DNA of 64,000 nucleotides from an uncultured Planctomycetaceae bacterium. GTDB lineage: Bacteria; Planctomycetota; Planctomycetia; Isosphaerales; Isosphaeraceae. The notes beneath the pieces are model-generated. The model had not been told where the DNA came from, did not search any database, and saw only the letters and a program-made list of their open reading frames with translations. The DNA lies in contig CAWIAD010000001.1 of assembly GCA_963833985.1 (NCBI GenBank), positions 1,600,001 to 1,664,000 of the forward strand, given 5' to 3'. Positions 31,475 to 42,538 of the stretch are shown here, piece after piece (the first letter of the stretch is position 1; each line of letters starts with the position of its first letter). A program made the position numbers and the translations under genes.

Positions 31475-33718
31475 CCTACTTTCCGCACATCTCCCTTTGA
31501 TTTCCCCGAATTCGACCTGAGGCCATCTTCTCAGACGCGGCCCCAGGGTCGGTAAACATCTACAAGTCGATCGGCACGGGGACCTTGTTCGGTTCAGATG
31601 GTTCGCCAACCGGACCGTTCCTGAACTCGAGCCATTCTTCGCCTTGTCTTATAACTTGGCAATGTCCAGCCGCGCGCCGCGATTCTCGCCGCGACGACTT
31701 GTGACACGGGCTATGAGCGTAAGTTGAGCGGCTCACAACTTACGTCAAGGCAAATTGTCATAAGTGAATCACAAGATTTTTTGTCCTTGACGTCCCGATC
31801 TCCTCCGCCATCATTGCGGCAAGCCCTGCGGCGGTCGGCCTGCTCCCCTCACGGCCCTGGAAGGCCCGGCGGCGGACACCGGCCAACTCGCTGCAAACCC
31901 TCCGGAGATGATCCGCATGAACGAACCTCAACGACCGCGCCAACCCGGCGAGACGGCCCGCTCGAAGGGACGCACGCGCACGCTCAACACGCGGCGGATT
32001 GCCGCCGTGCCCATCCTGGAACACTTCCTGAGTCGGCTCCGCCTTCGCGAGTTTCTCTGCGACCACCTGCCCCATGAGGACGGCCGCACTCGGGTCCCCA
32101 CGGCCACGGCCTTGCTCGTCCTGCTGCGCAACCTGCTGATCTCGCGTGAGCCACTCTATGGTGTCGGTGAGTGGGTGGCCCGCCATGAGCCGAAACTGTT
32201 CGGGTTGTCCGATGTCCAAGTCGCCGCAATGAACGACGATCGAGTTGGCCGGGCCCTCGACCGTCTCTTCGACGCCAATCTCTCGGGGTTGGCCCTGAAG
32301 GTCGCGGCCCATGCCGTACGCGAATTCGACGTCAGCCTCGACCAGTTACACAACGACTCGACCACCATCACTTTCCACGGTGACTACGAGTCGGCGGAGG
32401 CGGAGCGAACCCTGCGGGGACAATTGCGGTTGGCGGTGACCTGGGGTCATAACAAAGACCACCGCCCCGACCTCAAGCAGCTACTCTACATCCTCACCGT
32501 GACCGGCGACGGTGCCGTCCCGGTGCACTTTCGCGTCGAGAGCGGCAACGCCACCGACGACCGCTCTCACCAGGAGACCTGGGAGTTGCTCTGTCAACTG
32601 ACCGGACGCCGAGACTTTCTCTACATCGCCGACTGCAAGCTGGCCACCACCGAGAACATGGCCTATCTGCATCAGCGCGGCGGTCGGTTCCTCAGCGTGC
32701 TGCCGCGAACTCGCAGTGAGGACGGTGCCTTCCGCGGCGCCGTACTCCGGGGAGAGATCCAGTGGCGATGGACCCACGACAAGTACGACGACAAGGGACA
32801 GTTGACCGACCGCTTCTCGATCTGCAAACCTGCGAGCCAGACCACCGAGGGTTACCGGCTGATCTGGTATCACAGCACACGCAAGGCCGAGTTGGATGCG
32901 GAGGTACGGCTGACCCGGCTGGAGAAGGCGTTGAAACGACTGGACGAACTGCGTGCCAAGCTCGCCTCGTCCCGAACCCGGTACCGCAGTCGAGCCAAGG
33001 TCGCCGAGGCGGTCGAGGAGCTGCTCCGAGACTGTGAGGTCACCGAGTGGATCTCGGTCGAGATCGAGGAGCAGGTCACCGAAAAGTTCCGCCAGGAGCG
33101 ACGCGGCCGGCCTGGACAGGACACGCGGTACGTCCGAGAGGAGAAGCTCCGTTACTCGTTGAAGCATCGGATTGAGTTGGAGCGACTGGATGAGGAGGCC
33201 CGCTGTGATGGCATTTTCCCGCTGGTGAGCAACGAATCGAAGATGACGGAGCAGGATCTGCTCTTGGCCTACAAACAGCAACCGGCCATCGAACGACGGT
33301 TCGAGCACCTGAAGACTGACTTCGTGGTAGCGCCTATGTACCTGAAGGAGGTGAGTCGGATTCAGGCCTTGCTCTGCGTGTACTTCTTCGTGTTGCTGGT
33401 CGAGGCGCTGTTGGAGCGAGAACTCCGCCGCGCGATGGAACGAGCGGGAATCGAGAGTCTGCCACTGTATTCCGAAGGTCGGGCCTGCCGACGCCCGACG
33501 GCTCGAAAAGTGATCGACCTGTACGAGGACGTTCAAGAGCATTCCCTGAAGGCTGGGAAACGCCCTCTTGAGGTCTTCAGCACAGAGTTAACTCGGCTCC
33601 AGAAGAGGATCCTGCGCCTGCTGGGGATACCCAAAGCCTACGAGATTTGAACCTGACAGGCCGAAAGACGGCACACGGAAATTAGGAGATAGTCAAGGCG
33701 AGATGTGCGGAAAGTAGG
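31475..33718 (+). mobile_element. Inner IS1634-family insertion sequence (2244 bp)
   Basis: 19 bp perfect TIR CCTACTTTCCGCACATCTC / GAGATGTGCGGAAAGTAGG; 6 bp target duplication ACGAAT at 31469-31474 and 33719-33724. Confidence 0.95.
31908..33650 (+). CDS. Intact IS1634-family DDE transposase
   Basis: NDDRVGRALDRL, LHNDSTT, GHNKDHRPDLKQ, YIADCKL, YKQQPAIERRFEHLK. Confidence 0.92.
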   Translation: MIRMNEPQRPRQPGETARSKGRTRTLNTRRIAAVPILEHFLSRLRLREFLCDHLPHEDGRTRVPTATALLVLLRNLLISREPLYGVGEWVARHEPKLFGLSDVQVAAMNDDRVGRALDRLFDANLSGLALKVAAHAVREFDVSLDQLHNDSTTITFHGDYESAEAERTLRGQLRLAVTWGHNKDHRPDLKQLLYILTVTGDGAVPVHFRVESGNATDDRSHQETWELLCQLTGRRDFLYIADCKLATTENMAYLHQRGGRFLSVLPRTRSEDGAFRGAVLRGEIQWRWTHDKYDDKGQLTDRFSICKPASQTTEGYRLIWYHSTRKAELDAEVRLTRLEKALKRLDELRAKLASSRTRYRSRAKVAEAVEELLRDCEVTEWISVEIEEQVTEKFRQERRGRPGQDTRYVREEKLRYSLKHRIELERLDEEARCDGIFPLVSNESKMTEQDLLLAYKQQPAIERRFEHLKTDFVVAPMYLKEVSRIQALLCVYFFVLLVEALLERELRRAMERAGIESLPLYSEGRACRRPTARKVIDLYEDVQEHSLKAGKRPLEVFSTELTRLQKRILRLLGIPKAYEI

Positions 33719-36700
33719 ACGAATAGTAACGATAGCCATGGTTTCGTTGCAGGAGGCGCTCGGCTGCGGCGCCAATCTTCTCGGGCTGTTTCAACTTCCC
33801 TGCCGCCACACGCCCCTGCAACTTCTCGAGCGATTGATGTGTCCGCTCCATGGCCTTCTGACGCATGGCTTGCTCGTATTCGCGGCGCTCGTCGGAATCG
33901 ACGATGATTATCCGCAAACCTTCAACTCCTGACGGCACCTCTTGCGCCCGAGTGCGCGGTGGATTGGCCTTTTCCCGGGCGGTGATCCCTACCGGGCAAG
34001 AAATCCACTTGGCATCGTCGAGGGCAGCCAGCCACTTGGTCAACTTTGCGTTCCGCCTTCTCTTCACGCCCACAAGATAGCCATGCTTGTCGCCAGTGAT
34101 CGCTTCCAGATTGTCATTGGTGATCATGCCTCGATCGCCGACAAAAACGAGGCGGCTGAAACCAAATCGCTGGTGCAGATCACGAATGGCTTTCTGCACG
34201 GTCTGGTGGTCGACTTCGTTGCCGGCCCAAACGTGATGAGCGATCGGCCAGCCGCCCACCATCACCACTCCGACGATCACCTGGACGTTGTGCGGCTTGC
34301 CGTCCCGACTGTAGCCATGCTTGGCGAAGTTGGCCGGTCCAGCTCCCTCGAAGTAGGTGCTCGTGATGTCATAGAGCACCAGGTCCGGCTTGATACTGAA
34401 CAGGTCGCGAAGGCGGTGATAAAGAGCCACCTCGATCCGTTCCTTGGCGTCCACGAGTTGATCGAGGGTCCGGTACCAGGACTCCAGTTGGCGAAAGTCG
34501 ACGCGAACCCGCTTGTGCTGGTGCCAGCGAGGAACAAAACGGCGGCCTTGGCGATCACAGACGAAGTCGGTCTCCAGCCACCCCGCCAAGCCGTGTTCGC
34601 TGGCGGGGTGAATCAGGCGATTGGCAATGAGCACGAAGGCCCGGTCAGTAAACGGCACGCCTTTGGCTTTGCCGAGTGATTCGTCGAGGATGGTCCAGAG
34701 CCCGAGTTGGTCGAACAAGGCCCGGACGGCGAGGACCGGCCCCCAGGTGGAAGCGTCCAGGATGTCGAGATCCTCGTCCCCAGCGGACTCCGACTCGACA
34801 TCTTGACCGAGCAAGCGTTTTAGCTTGGGAAACAATTCCGCAAGCAGGTCCTTGCGTCCCAGATCGGCCACGGTGCGTTGCTTGACCTTACCGTTGTCGC
34901 GATAGGCTTCGACGACGCGGACGTACTCGTTCAGCGCACCGCTGGACGACCGGACTTTTATGGTTCTCAGGTACATGTCGTGAAGTATCACGACGGAACG
35001 CGCCGATTTCAAGGCGAAATCAAGGTAAATTCCGAAGTAATCGCGTCGATATTGTCACTACACTTTTCGGAAAAAAACGGGTATGCCGCTCGCCAACCCC
35101 TGGAAAATAGAGGAATTATGCGTGGCAGCAGTCGCGCGGAAGGCGATCTCACCCCAAACATGGGCTACGCCGGCGACGCGACGTTTGTCGACCTGCGGAA
35201 CCTGCTCCTTCCGTGGGGCAAATTCTCCGGTACGACCTACAGCTCCAACCCGTCGCTCAAGCTCAACTCCACCGGGTATCCCGAGTCCACCGCGGGGACC
35301 TACGCCGAGATCAACAATTATCCCGACGGGAATTACCAGGTCAGCTATTCCGGGCAAGCCACGCTTGACTTCTTTGGAATCGGGCAGCTTGCGGGCCCGG
35401 CCACTCTGGGCAGCGACGGGCTCTATCACGCCGTGCTCAACGTGAACCACGCGATCTACCCGGACCACAGCACGCTCATGCTCCAGGTGGCCGGGCTGAA
35501 CACCGCCAACCCGTTCGGCAACCTGAAGATCATCATGCCCGGCTATGGCACCAATACCGCGCAGGTTTATACCAATGCGCTTTTACACGACCTTCAGCCC
35601 TTCTCCTACATCCGCATGGTGGAGTGGAACGGCACGATCAACTCCACCCAGGTGAACTGGTCGGACCGCGTGCTTCCGCAGAACTTCCTGGCCACGGGGC
35701 CGAACGGAGTCTCCTACGAACAGATCATCGCCATGGCCAACGAGGCCAACAAGGACCTCTGGATCAATGTTCCGGCCATGGCCACCGACAGCTACGTCCA
35801 GAGCCTGGCCCAGCTCATCCAGCAAGACCTGAACCCGAACCTGAAAGTGTACGTTGAGTACAGCAACGAGACCTGGAACAACTCGTTCGCGGAGTACTCT
35901 CAGGTTCTTGCCGCGGCCGACAAGAACCCGCTGGTGACCGACAAGAGTAATCCCGGGCTGGCGGTCGGCCAGCAGACCGCGTACATGACCAAGCACATTG
36001 GCGACATCTTCAAGCAGGTCTTCGGCAGCCAGTCCAGCCGCGTCGTACCGGTGCTCGGCTCGTGGGCGGCCGTACCCAGCTATAACCAGACAGAGCTGGC
36101 GTTCTTGCAGTCGAACTACGGCGCGGTGAGCAACTCCATCGGCGTCTTTGCCATCGCTCCGTACATCACGCTCGCGCCCAATACGGACGTGTCCGGGATG
36201 ACGATGACCCAGCTCTTCAATTCCATGGAAACCATGCTGAACACGGAGATCTCGAGCTGGCTGACACAGAACGAAGCACTCTCGAAGACCTATGGCGTTC
36301 CCGTCATCAGCTACGAGGCCGGTCAGGGGCTTTATCCCTACAACAGCAAGAACCCGCAGCTCGAAATTCAGGCGCAGAGCAACCCGGGAATGTACACCCT
36401 GTACTCGAACCTGATCGCCATGTGGGAAAAGGACATGGGCACTCCGCTCACTTTCTATGCCCTGAATGACAGCTTCTGGGGACTGTTACCATCGGTGACC
36501 TCGCCCGGCGGACCGAAATGGGACGCGGTGATGAACGCCATCCTGCCAGCCGGCGATGCCGACCTCGACGGCAAGGTCACCGCCGCCGACATCAACATCA
36601 TCGAGGCCCACATGGGCCAGACCAACGCCACCTGGGGCGATGGGGACTTCAACCACGACGGCGTGGTCAACGCGCAGGATCTGGCGCTGGCCGAAGCGAA

Positions 36701-38479
36701 CCTGCCGGCCACCCCGGCGGCCGCCACATTCGTCGCCCAGGACTCCACCACCCAGGGGAACTGGAAGGGCGTGTACGGCAGCGACGGCTACGACATCATC
36801 GCCGACACCTCAAGTCTCCCCGCCTACGCGAAGCTCTCCACGACGGGAGCGACATCCTACGTCTGGTCCAGCAGCACCAGCGACCCGCGCGCCCTCCAGA
36901 AGGCCGACGCAGGCGCCACCACCGGCATTGCCGCTTGCGACTACAGCGCCAGCGGAACCTTTACCGTGAACATCAATCTGGCCGACGGTCTGACTCATCT
37001 CGTGAGCATCTACGCCCTCGACTGGGGAGCCGCGGGAAGGTCGGAAAAAGTCCAGGTGGTGAACGCGTCCACCGGCGCAGTACTCAACACCCGGACGCTG
37101 TCTTCCTTCTCCGGCGGTATGTACCTGTCGTGGCAGTTGACGGGCAACATCCAGCTTCGCTTCACGGGTATCTCGGGGCCAAACCCCGTGGTCAGCGGCA
37201 TCTTCTTCGACCACGTCGGCGCCAGCATGTTCGCGGGGACGGACACGACGACGAAGGGCAACTGGCAAGGCGTCTATGGCGGCGCCGGCTACCTCGTGAT
37301 TGGCAACGCGGCCAGCCTGCCGTCCTACGCCCAGGTTACTGCGAGCGCCCAGCAGAACATCGTCTGGAGCGGGAGCACGACTGATGTTCGAGGGCTTCAG
37401 GAAGCTGGTCCCGGCGGCACCGGCCGCATTGCCTCCGCCTGGAACAACCCGGACGGACAGTTTAGTGTGAACATAAATCTCACCGACGGCCAGTCCCACC
37501 CCGTCAGCATCTATGCCGTCGACTGGAATAGCAAGGGGATCTCTGAGCGCGTGGATGTCATGAATTCAACCACCGGCGCGGTGCTGGACTCCCGGTTGCT
37601 CACCGGTTTCTCCGGAGGCGAATACCTGACATGGAACCTGAGCGGCAACGTCACTCTCCGGTTCACCGGCCTCACCGGCCCCCACCCGGTCGTCAGTGGC
37701 ATCTTCTTCGACCATGTTGCGTCAGCGCCGGCCCTCGTCGCGTCGGGCATGACAACGCAGGGAGGGTCGAAGAGCATGAACGTCGCCAGTGGGATCGACG
37801 TCCCGAGCAATACCTCCAGCCTGCTGGCTTCCGTCCAGGTCTCGACGGCAGGGACGATCCCCCATGCCGTGCCCAGCAGCACCAGTGACCCCGGCGCCCT
37901 CCTGAAGGCCGGCACTGGAGCGGCCGCGCTCGTGGCGGCAAATGATTCCAGGCCGAATGGCTCCCTCATGGTGAACATGAATCCTGACGCCGGCAAGCCG
38001 CGCACCGTGAGAGTCTCTGGTATCAACTGGAACCAGAAAAGGAAAGTCCGGGCAGGTCTGCGGTGGTGAACGCGCCCGCCGGTACAGGGCGTTCGCTCAT
38101 TCCCGAGGCTCCCCCGGGAGGCCTTCCGCGACCGGGGATCGCCAGCGCGCGGTTCCCGGTGCCCACGCTCAGGCCGAGCTGGTGATCACTCTTCCTGGCA
38201 GTCCCTTCCCGCAGATCTCCATGGCCGGCGGTTGCTCTCTTGATCTTCCTTACCCGCCGCGCGACACTCTCCATTTCCACCTTGCCTCCGCTGACACTGG
38301 CACGGAATCGACCTGTTCGGGCATGAACTTGTCGGTGTGTTCGCGAACATCGACAGGAAATGCTTCCTGAGGGGCGGTTGCACGTGACGCATGAAGCAGG
38401 GTCATCTGGTGTTCCGTCCAGTGGCGTGCTTTGCTTGACCGGGTGAAGTACTGGCTTTGCTGTTTGAGGAGCTCTCGCT

Positions 38480-41400
38480 GTGCTGGCCGTAAGACAGGCA
38501 ACCACGAAGCAACCCGGATCCAGGCATCCACTGCTGGGGCTGGTCATCTCCCAGGCCCTGGGTGCGTTCAACGATAATGCGTGGAAGCAGATCGCGGTGC
38601 TGCTGGTGATCACGGCAACCGCCAGCGAAACGGCCTCTCAGGAGCGTACGGCCCTGGCCCAGCTCGTCTTGCTGGTGCCGCTGATTGTCTTCAACCTTCC
38701 CGGCGGCGTCCTGGCCGACCGCTACAGCAAGCGAAGCGTCCTGCTGGGAACGAAATTCCTCGAGCTCGCACTCATGGTGGCGGGCGCGATTCTGCTCTGG
38801 ATGGTTCCGACGGGGGGCACGCCTGCCCTGGTGATCCTGGGCCTGCTGGGGGCACAGGCGGCGCTTTTCAGCCCATCCAAGTACGGCATCCTGCCCGAGA
38901 TCCTGCCCCACGAGCGGCTTTCGGCAGGCAACGGCCAGATCGAGATGTGGACCAGCCTGGCGATCATCGGCGGCACCGTGGCGGGTGGGGTCATCGTCTC
39001 GGTCACGCGGGCACAACCCTGGCTTGCGGGGTTGCTGCTGGTCCCGGTCTCCGGGCTGGGGCTCTCCGCGGCGCTCTTCATCCCGCACGTTCCGCCGGGC
39101 CGCACCGAGGGAGGGCTGGGCGCAACATTCCAGCGCGGCTGGACGGCGATCCGTGGCGACCGCATCCTCCGGCTGGCGATTCTTGGCCAGGCCCTGGTCT
39201 GGACGATTGCCAGTCTGATCCCCGCGGCGGTGCTCGCCTATGCCATGAAGACGCTGGGACTCGAGGAGTGGCAGTCCGGCTTTCCGCTCGCGGCCATCGG
39301 CATCGGCATCGGCCTTGGCTCGCTGGCCGCCGGGCAGCTCTCCGCGGCGAAGGTGGAGTATGGCCTGGTACCGCTGGGGGCCCTGGGGCTTACACTCGCC
39401 ACTCTGGCATTCGCCGTGACCGGCCCTGCGCTGGCGGGCACGATCCTTCTCATGGGTCTCATCGGCTGCTCCGCGGGACTGGTTTTCGTGCCGCTGGCCG
39501 CACTGATCCAGTGGCGTTCACCCGGGGATCGGCGGGGCGCGGTCATTGCCCTGGGTAACATGCTCTCCAACCTGGGCATGGTGGCCGGTTCGCTCATTGC
39601 ACTGGGTCTGGCATGGGCGGGGCTGTCGGCGCGCGAGACCTTCCTGGGCGCGAGTATCGTGCTGGCGCTGGGAACCGCCTGGGCGCTCTGGCTGGCGCCT
39701 GACGCCCTCTTGCGGTTCTTGCTCATCATGCTGGCGCACTCGCTTTACAAGCTGCGTGTGCTGGGCCGGCAGCACGTTCCGGACCACGGCCCTGCGCTCC
39801 TGACGCCGAACCACGTCTCGTTTGTGGACGGCCTGTTCGTGATGGGCACGATCGACCGGCCGATCCGCTTCGTGGTCTACGCGGAATACTTCAACCGGCC
39901 GCTCCTGGGCCGGTTCCTGCGCACCATGGGGGCCATTCCCATTGCCAGCCACGGCGGCCCCAAGATGATTCTCGAGGCTTTTCGCGAGGCCGGGAGGGCG
40001 CTCGACGAAGGCGAGCTGGTGTGCATCTTCCCCGAGGGGCAGATCACCCGGACGGGCATGACGCTCCCCTTCCAGCGGGGCCTGGAACGCATCGTCAAGG
40101 GACGCGAGGTGCCGATCATCCCGGTGCATCTGGATCGAGCCACTTCGAGCGTCTTCAGCCCCGTGCGGCGGAGCTGGATCCCCGAGCGGCTCCCGCTGCC
40201 GGTGACGGTCTCGTTCGGCACACCGCTGCCCGCGACCAGCTCCGCGGCAGAGATCCGCCAGGCCATCGCAGAGCTTGACCAGCGCGCCTGGGAGCACCGC
40301 AAGGCGGATCGCCGGCCGCTCCATCACCAGTTTGTTCGCCACGCCCGGCAGCATCCGCTGCGGCTGGCCCTCGCCGATGTGATCAGCGGTGAGCTCTCCT
40401 GCATCAGGGCACTGGCGGGGGCCATCGCGCTGGCCCGCGCATTGCGGCCTCGCTGGCACGGCCAGGAAGCCGTTGGCGTGCTCCTGCCCACCAGCGCGGG
40501 GGGATTGTTGGTGAACCTGGCCGCGGCATTCTCCGGCCGCGTCGTGGTCAACCTCAACTTCACGGCCGGCAAGCCCGCCATGAGCTCGGCGGCCGCTCAG
40601 GCCGGGCTGCGCACGCTGGTCAGCAGCCGTAGCTTCGTGGAGAAGGCCGCGCTCGAGATACCCGACGGCCTCGAGGTCATCTGGCTGGAAGACCTGCGCC
40701 GCACGATTCGCCGCAGAGACCGCGCCAGCGCCTTCCTGCTCGCGTGCCTGTCGCCGGTCCGCTGGCTGGAGACGCTTTGCGGAGCCCAGCGCCGGATCTC
40801 GGTGGACGACACCCTCGCCGTGATCTTCAGCAGTGGCAGCGAAGGCGATCCGAAAGGCGCCGTCCTCTCCCACTTCAATATCGACTCGGAGATCGAGGCC
40901 ATTGGCCAGGTGTTCCATATCTACGCGACGGACCGCATCCTCGATGTTCTGCCGCTCTTTCACTCGTTCGGCTACCTGCTGCTGTGGCTGGGGACCTGCC
41001 GGGGCATGGGGCTGATCTGCCATGTCAAGCCGCAAGATTCCGGGGTCGTCGGCGAGCTCGTCGAGAAGTACTGGGCCACCGTGCTTTTCGCCACGCCCGC
41101 GTTCCTGCACATCTACACCAGGCGCTGCACACCCGGGCAATTTGGCTCGCTGCGGCTGGTGATCGCCGGTGCCGACAAGCTCCCTGAGCCCGTCTCGCGC
41201 GCGTTCGAGGATCACTTCGGCATCCGGCCCCTGGAAGGTTATGGAGTGACCGAGTGCTCTCCCGTGATTGCCGTGAACGCGCCGGACTTCCGCGCTCCGG
41301 GCTTCTACCAGCTCGGCGCAAAGCGCGGCACCGTGGGCCACTGCTTGCCCGGCGTTTCCGTGCGGATCATTCCGGCGGAGAGCATCGCCGGCATGGACCC

Positions 41401-41926
41401 GCTCGAGAACCTGGAGCCGATCACCCCCGTGCCGGCCAACACCGAAGGGATGATCCTGGTCAAAGGCCCAAACGTGATGAAAGGCTACCTGCTGCGCGAC
41501 GACCTCACGCGCAAGGCCCTGTGCGATGGCTGGTACGTCACCGGCGACCTCGGCAAGCTGGACGAGGATGGTTTCCTGACGATTACCGGCCGCCTCACCC
41601 GGTTCTCCAAGATCGGCGGGGAGATGGTGCCCCACGTGCGAGTTGAGGAGGCCCTGAACGACGCGATCGGCGCCGAGGAACCGGTCTTCGCGGTCACCGC
41701 AGTCGCCGACGGCCGCGAAGGCGACCGGCTGGCCGTGCTGCACACCACCTGCGACGACCGGGTCAACGAGGCGCTCGAGAAGATGCGCAAGCTCGGTTTG
41801 CCGAACCTGTATCTACCGCGGCGCGATTCGTTCGTGAAGGTGGACGCATTGCCATTTCTGGGAACCGGCAAGCTTGACCTGCGCGGGCTCAAGCGCATCG
41901 CCGGCGAGGCCCTGGCCAGGGCGTAA
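38480..41926 (+). CDS. aas: LplT-type MFS / acyltransferase / acyl-ACP synthetase fusion (Aas-like)
   Basis: QALGAFNDN, FSPSKYGILPE (MFS); NHVSFVD, IFPEG (acyltransferase); FSSGSEGDPKG, EGYGVTE, TGD, RFSKIGGEMV (AMP-binding). Confidence 0.9.
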   Translation: MLAVRQATTKQPGSRHPLLGLVISQALGAFNDNAWKQIAVLLVITATASETASQERTALAQLVLLVPLIVFNLPGGVLADRYSKRSVLLGTKFLELALMVAGAILLWMVPTGGTPALVILGLLGAQAALFSPSKYGILPEILPHERLSAGNGQIEMWTSLAIIGGTVAGGVIVSVTRAQPWLAGLLLVPVSGLGLSAALFIPHVPPGRTEGGLGATFQRGWTAIRGDRILRLAILGQALVWTIASLIPAAVLAYAMKTLGLEEWQSGFPLAAIGIGIGLGSLAAGQLSAAKVEYGLVPLGALGLTLATLAFAVTGPALAGTILLMGLIGCSAGLVFVPLAALIQWRSPGDRRGAVIALGNMLSNLGMVAGSLIALGLAWAGLSARETFLGASIVLALGTAWALWLAPDALLRFLLIMLAHSLYKLRVLGRQHVPDHGPALLTPNHVSFVDGLFVMGTIDRPIRFVVYAEYFNRPLLGRFLRTMGAIPIASHGGPKMILEAFREAGRALDEGELVCIFPEGQITRTGMTLPFQRGLERIVKGREVPIIPVHLDRATSSVFSPVRRSWIPERLPLPVTVSFGTPLPATSSAAEIRQAIAELDQRAWEHRKADRRPLHHQFVRHARQHPLRLALADVISGELSCIRALAGAIALARALRPRWHGQEAVGVLLPTSAGGLLVNLAAAFSGRVVVNLNFTAGKPAMSSAAAQAGLRTLVSSRSFVEKAALEIPDGLEVIWLEDLRRTIRRRDRASAFLLACLSPVRWLETLCGAQRRISVDDTLAVIFSSGSEGDPKGAVLSHFNIDSEIEAIGQVFHIYATDRILDVLPLFHSFGYLLLWLGTCRGMGLICHVKPQDSGVVGELVEKYWATVLFATPAFLHIYTRRCTPGQFGSLRLVIAGADKLPEPVSRAFEDHFGIRPLEGYGVTECSPVIAVNAPDFRAPGFYQLGAKRGTVGHCLPGVSVRIIPAESIAGMDPLENLEPITPVPANTEGMILVKGPNVMKGYLLRDDLTRKALCDGWYVTGDLGKLDEDGFLTITGRLTRFSKIGGEMVPHVRVEEALNDAIGAEEPVFAVTAVADGREGDRLAVLHTTCDDRVNEALEKMRKLGLPNLYLPRRDSFVKVDALPFLGTGKLDLRGLKRIAGEALARA

Positions 41927-41977
41927 CACCCGGCGTTGCACCTTGCGGGTTCGTCCGCATCGATACCCGTCGATTCG

Positions 41978-42364
41978 TCAGAGACCGACCCGATCCCATT
42001 TCTGGAACAGCCGCTCCAGGGCCGCGATGGCGGAGTGCAGGCGTTCGCGGTCTTCCTCGTAGAGGGCGCCCGTTTCCAGAGGCATGCGCCGGACTGCCTC
42101 GGCCACCTGGTCACGGGCACCCATCATCTGGTGGAAGAGCCTCTCGTAGCCCGTCCGGTCGGGATGGGTTGCCAGCACGGACAGCTTCTCGGCCACAGTG
42201 CCGATCTTCTGCTCCCAGGAGCGCAGCGTGTCCTCGAGCATCTGGCGCTCGCCAAAGTGGTTGCGCTGGGGATACGAGGGATTCTTGACGGGCTTGCTGC
42301 CGCTGGGCGGAGTGGCCACGGCAGGCTCGACGGAGCCAGGCGTGATGGAGGCAGGGGAGGACAC
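41978..42364 (-). CDS. Small helical hypothetical protein (128 aa)
   Basis: GAGGAG RBS before GTG 42364; amphipathic helical sequence in the gap between convergent and divergent genes. Confidence 0.65.
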   Translation of the reverse strand: MSSPASITPGSVEPAVATPPSGSKPVKNPSYPQRNHFGERQMLEDTLRSWEQKIGTVAEKLSVLATHPDRTGYERLFHQMMGARDQVAEAVRRMPLETGALYEEDRERLHSAIAALERLFQKWDRVGL

Positions 42365-42538
42365 GATGGCAGCTTCTCCTCGGCATGAAGGCTTCACATT
42401 GAGGGAAATGGGAACGAGCGATAGAATCCGTCGCCCCAGGCCAGAGACGGTATTGTGATCGAAGGGACGCGACATGGCTAGCCCGCGCATGGGAAACCGT
42501 CGCGGACACGAATCGTGACACGAGTCCAGGGAGGGACG

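Larger units (their letters stand above)
30978..34976 (-). pseudogene. Outer IS1634 DDE transposase (582 aa when reconstructed), interrupted by the inner IS
   Basis: MYLRTIK...KVKQRTVADLGR, LYDITSTYFEG, VGDRGM in 33719..34976; YKDLSDVERGFRQLK in 30978..31468; rejoined in frame as GYRYYSWDLDKGIFRY. Confidence 0.92.
30914..35165 (-). mobile_element. Outer IS1634-family insertion sequence (about 2.0 kb without the nested element)
   Basis: 16 bp perfect TIR GCCCATGTTTGGGGTG / CACCCCAAACATGGGC; flanked by duplicated TA (or CTA). Confidence 0.92.
30807..38069 (+). pseudogene. Paralog 2 of the secreted GH-like/dockerin protein, interrupted after codon 35 by nested IS elements
   Basis: ATG 30807 gives MVRRNARRASRPGLELLEQRTLLTTFGVDVKGPGP then TAG at the junction; the frame resumes at 35166 as YAGDATFVDLRNLL, matching paralog 1 GVDVKGNSPYAGDATWVDLRHLL. 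Confidence 0.9.

Noticed and set aside
34878..35165. N-terminus of the 1063 aa ORF 34878..38069 as the native gene start
   Set aside because: This segment is IS sequence, partly antisense to the transposase; the native start is ATG 30807
39518..41743. Long antisense ORFs (also 2103..3500, 6083..7456, 9747..11405, 13273..14655, 48572..49993, 62728..63972)
   Set aside because: Shadow frames opposite well-supported genes, expected in high-GC DNA
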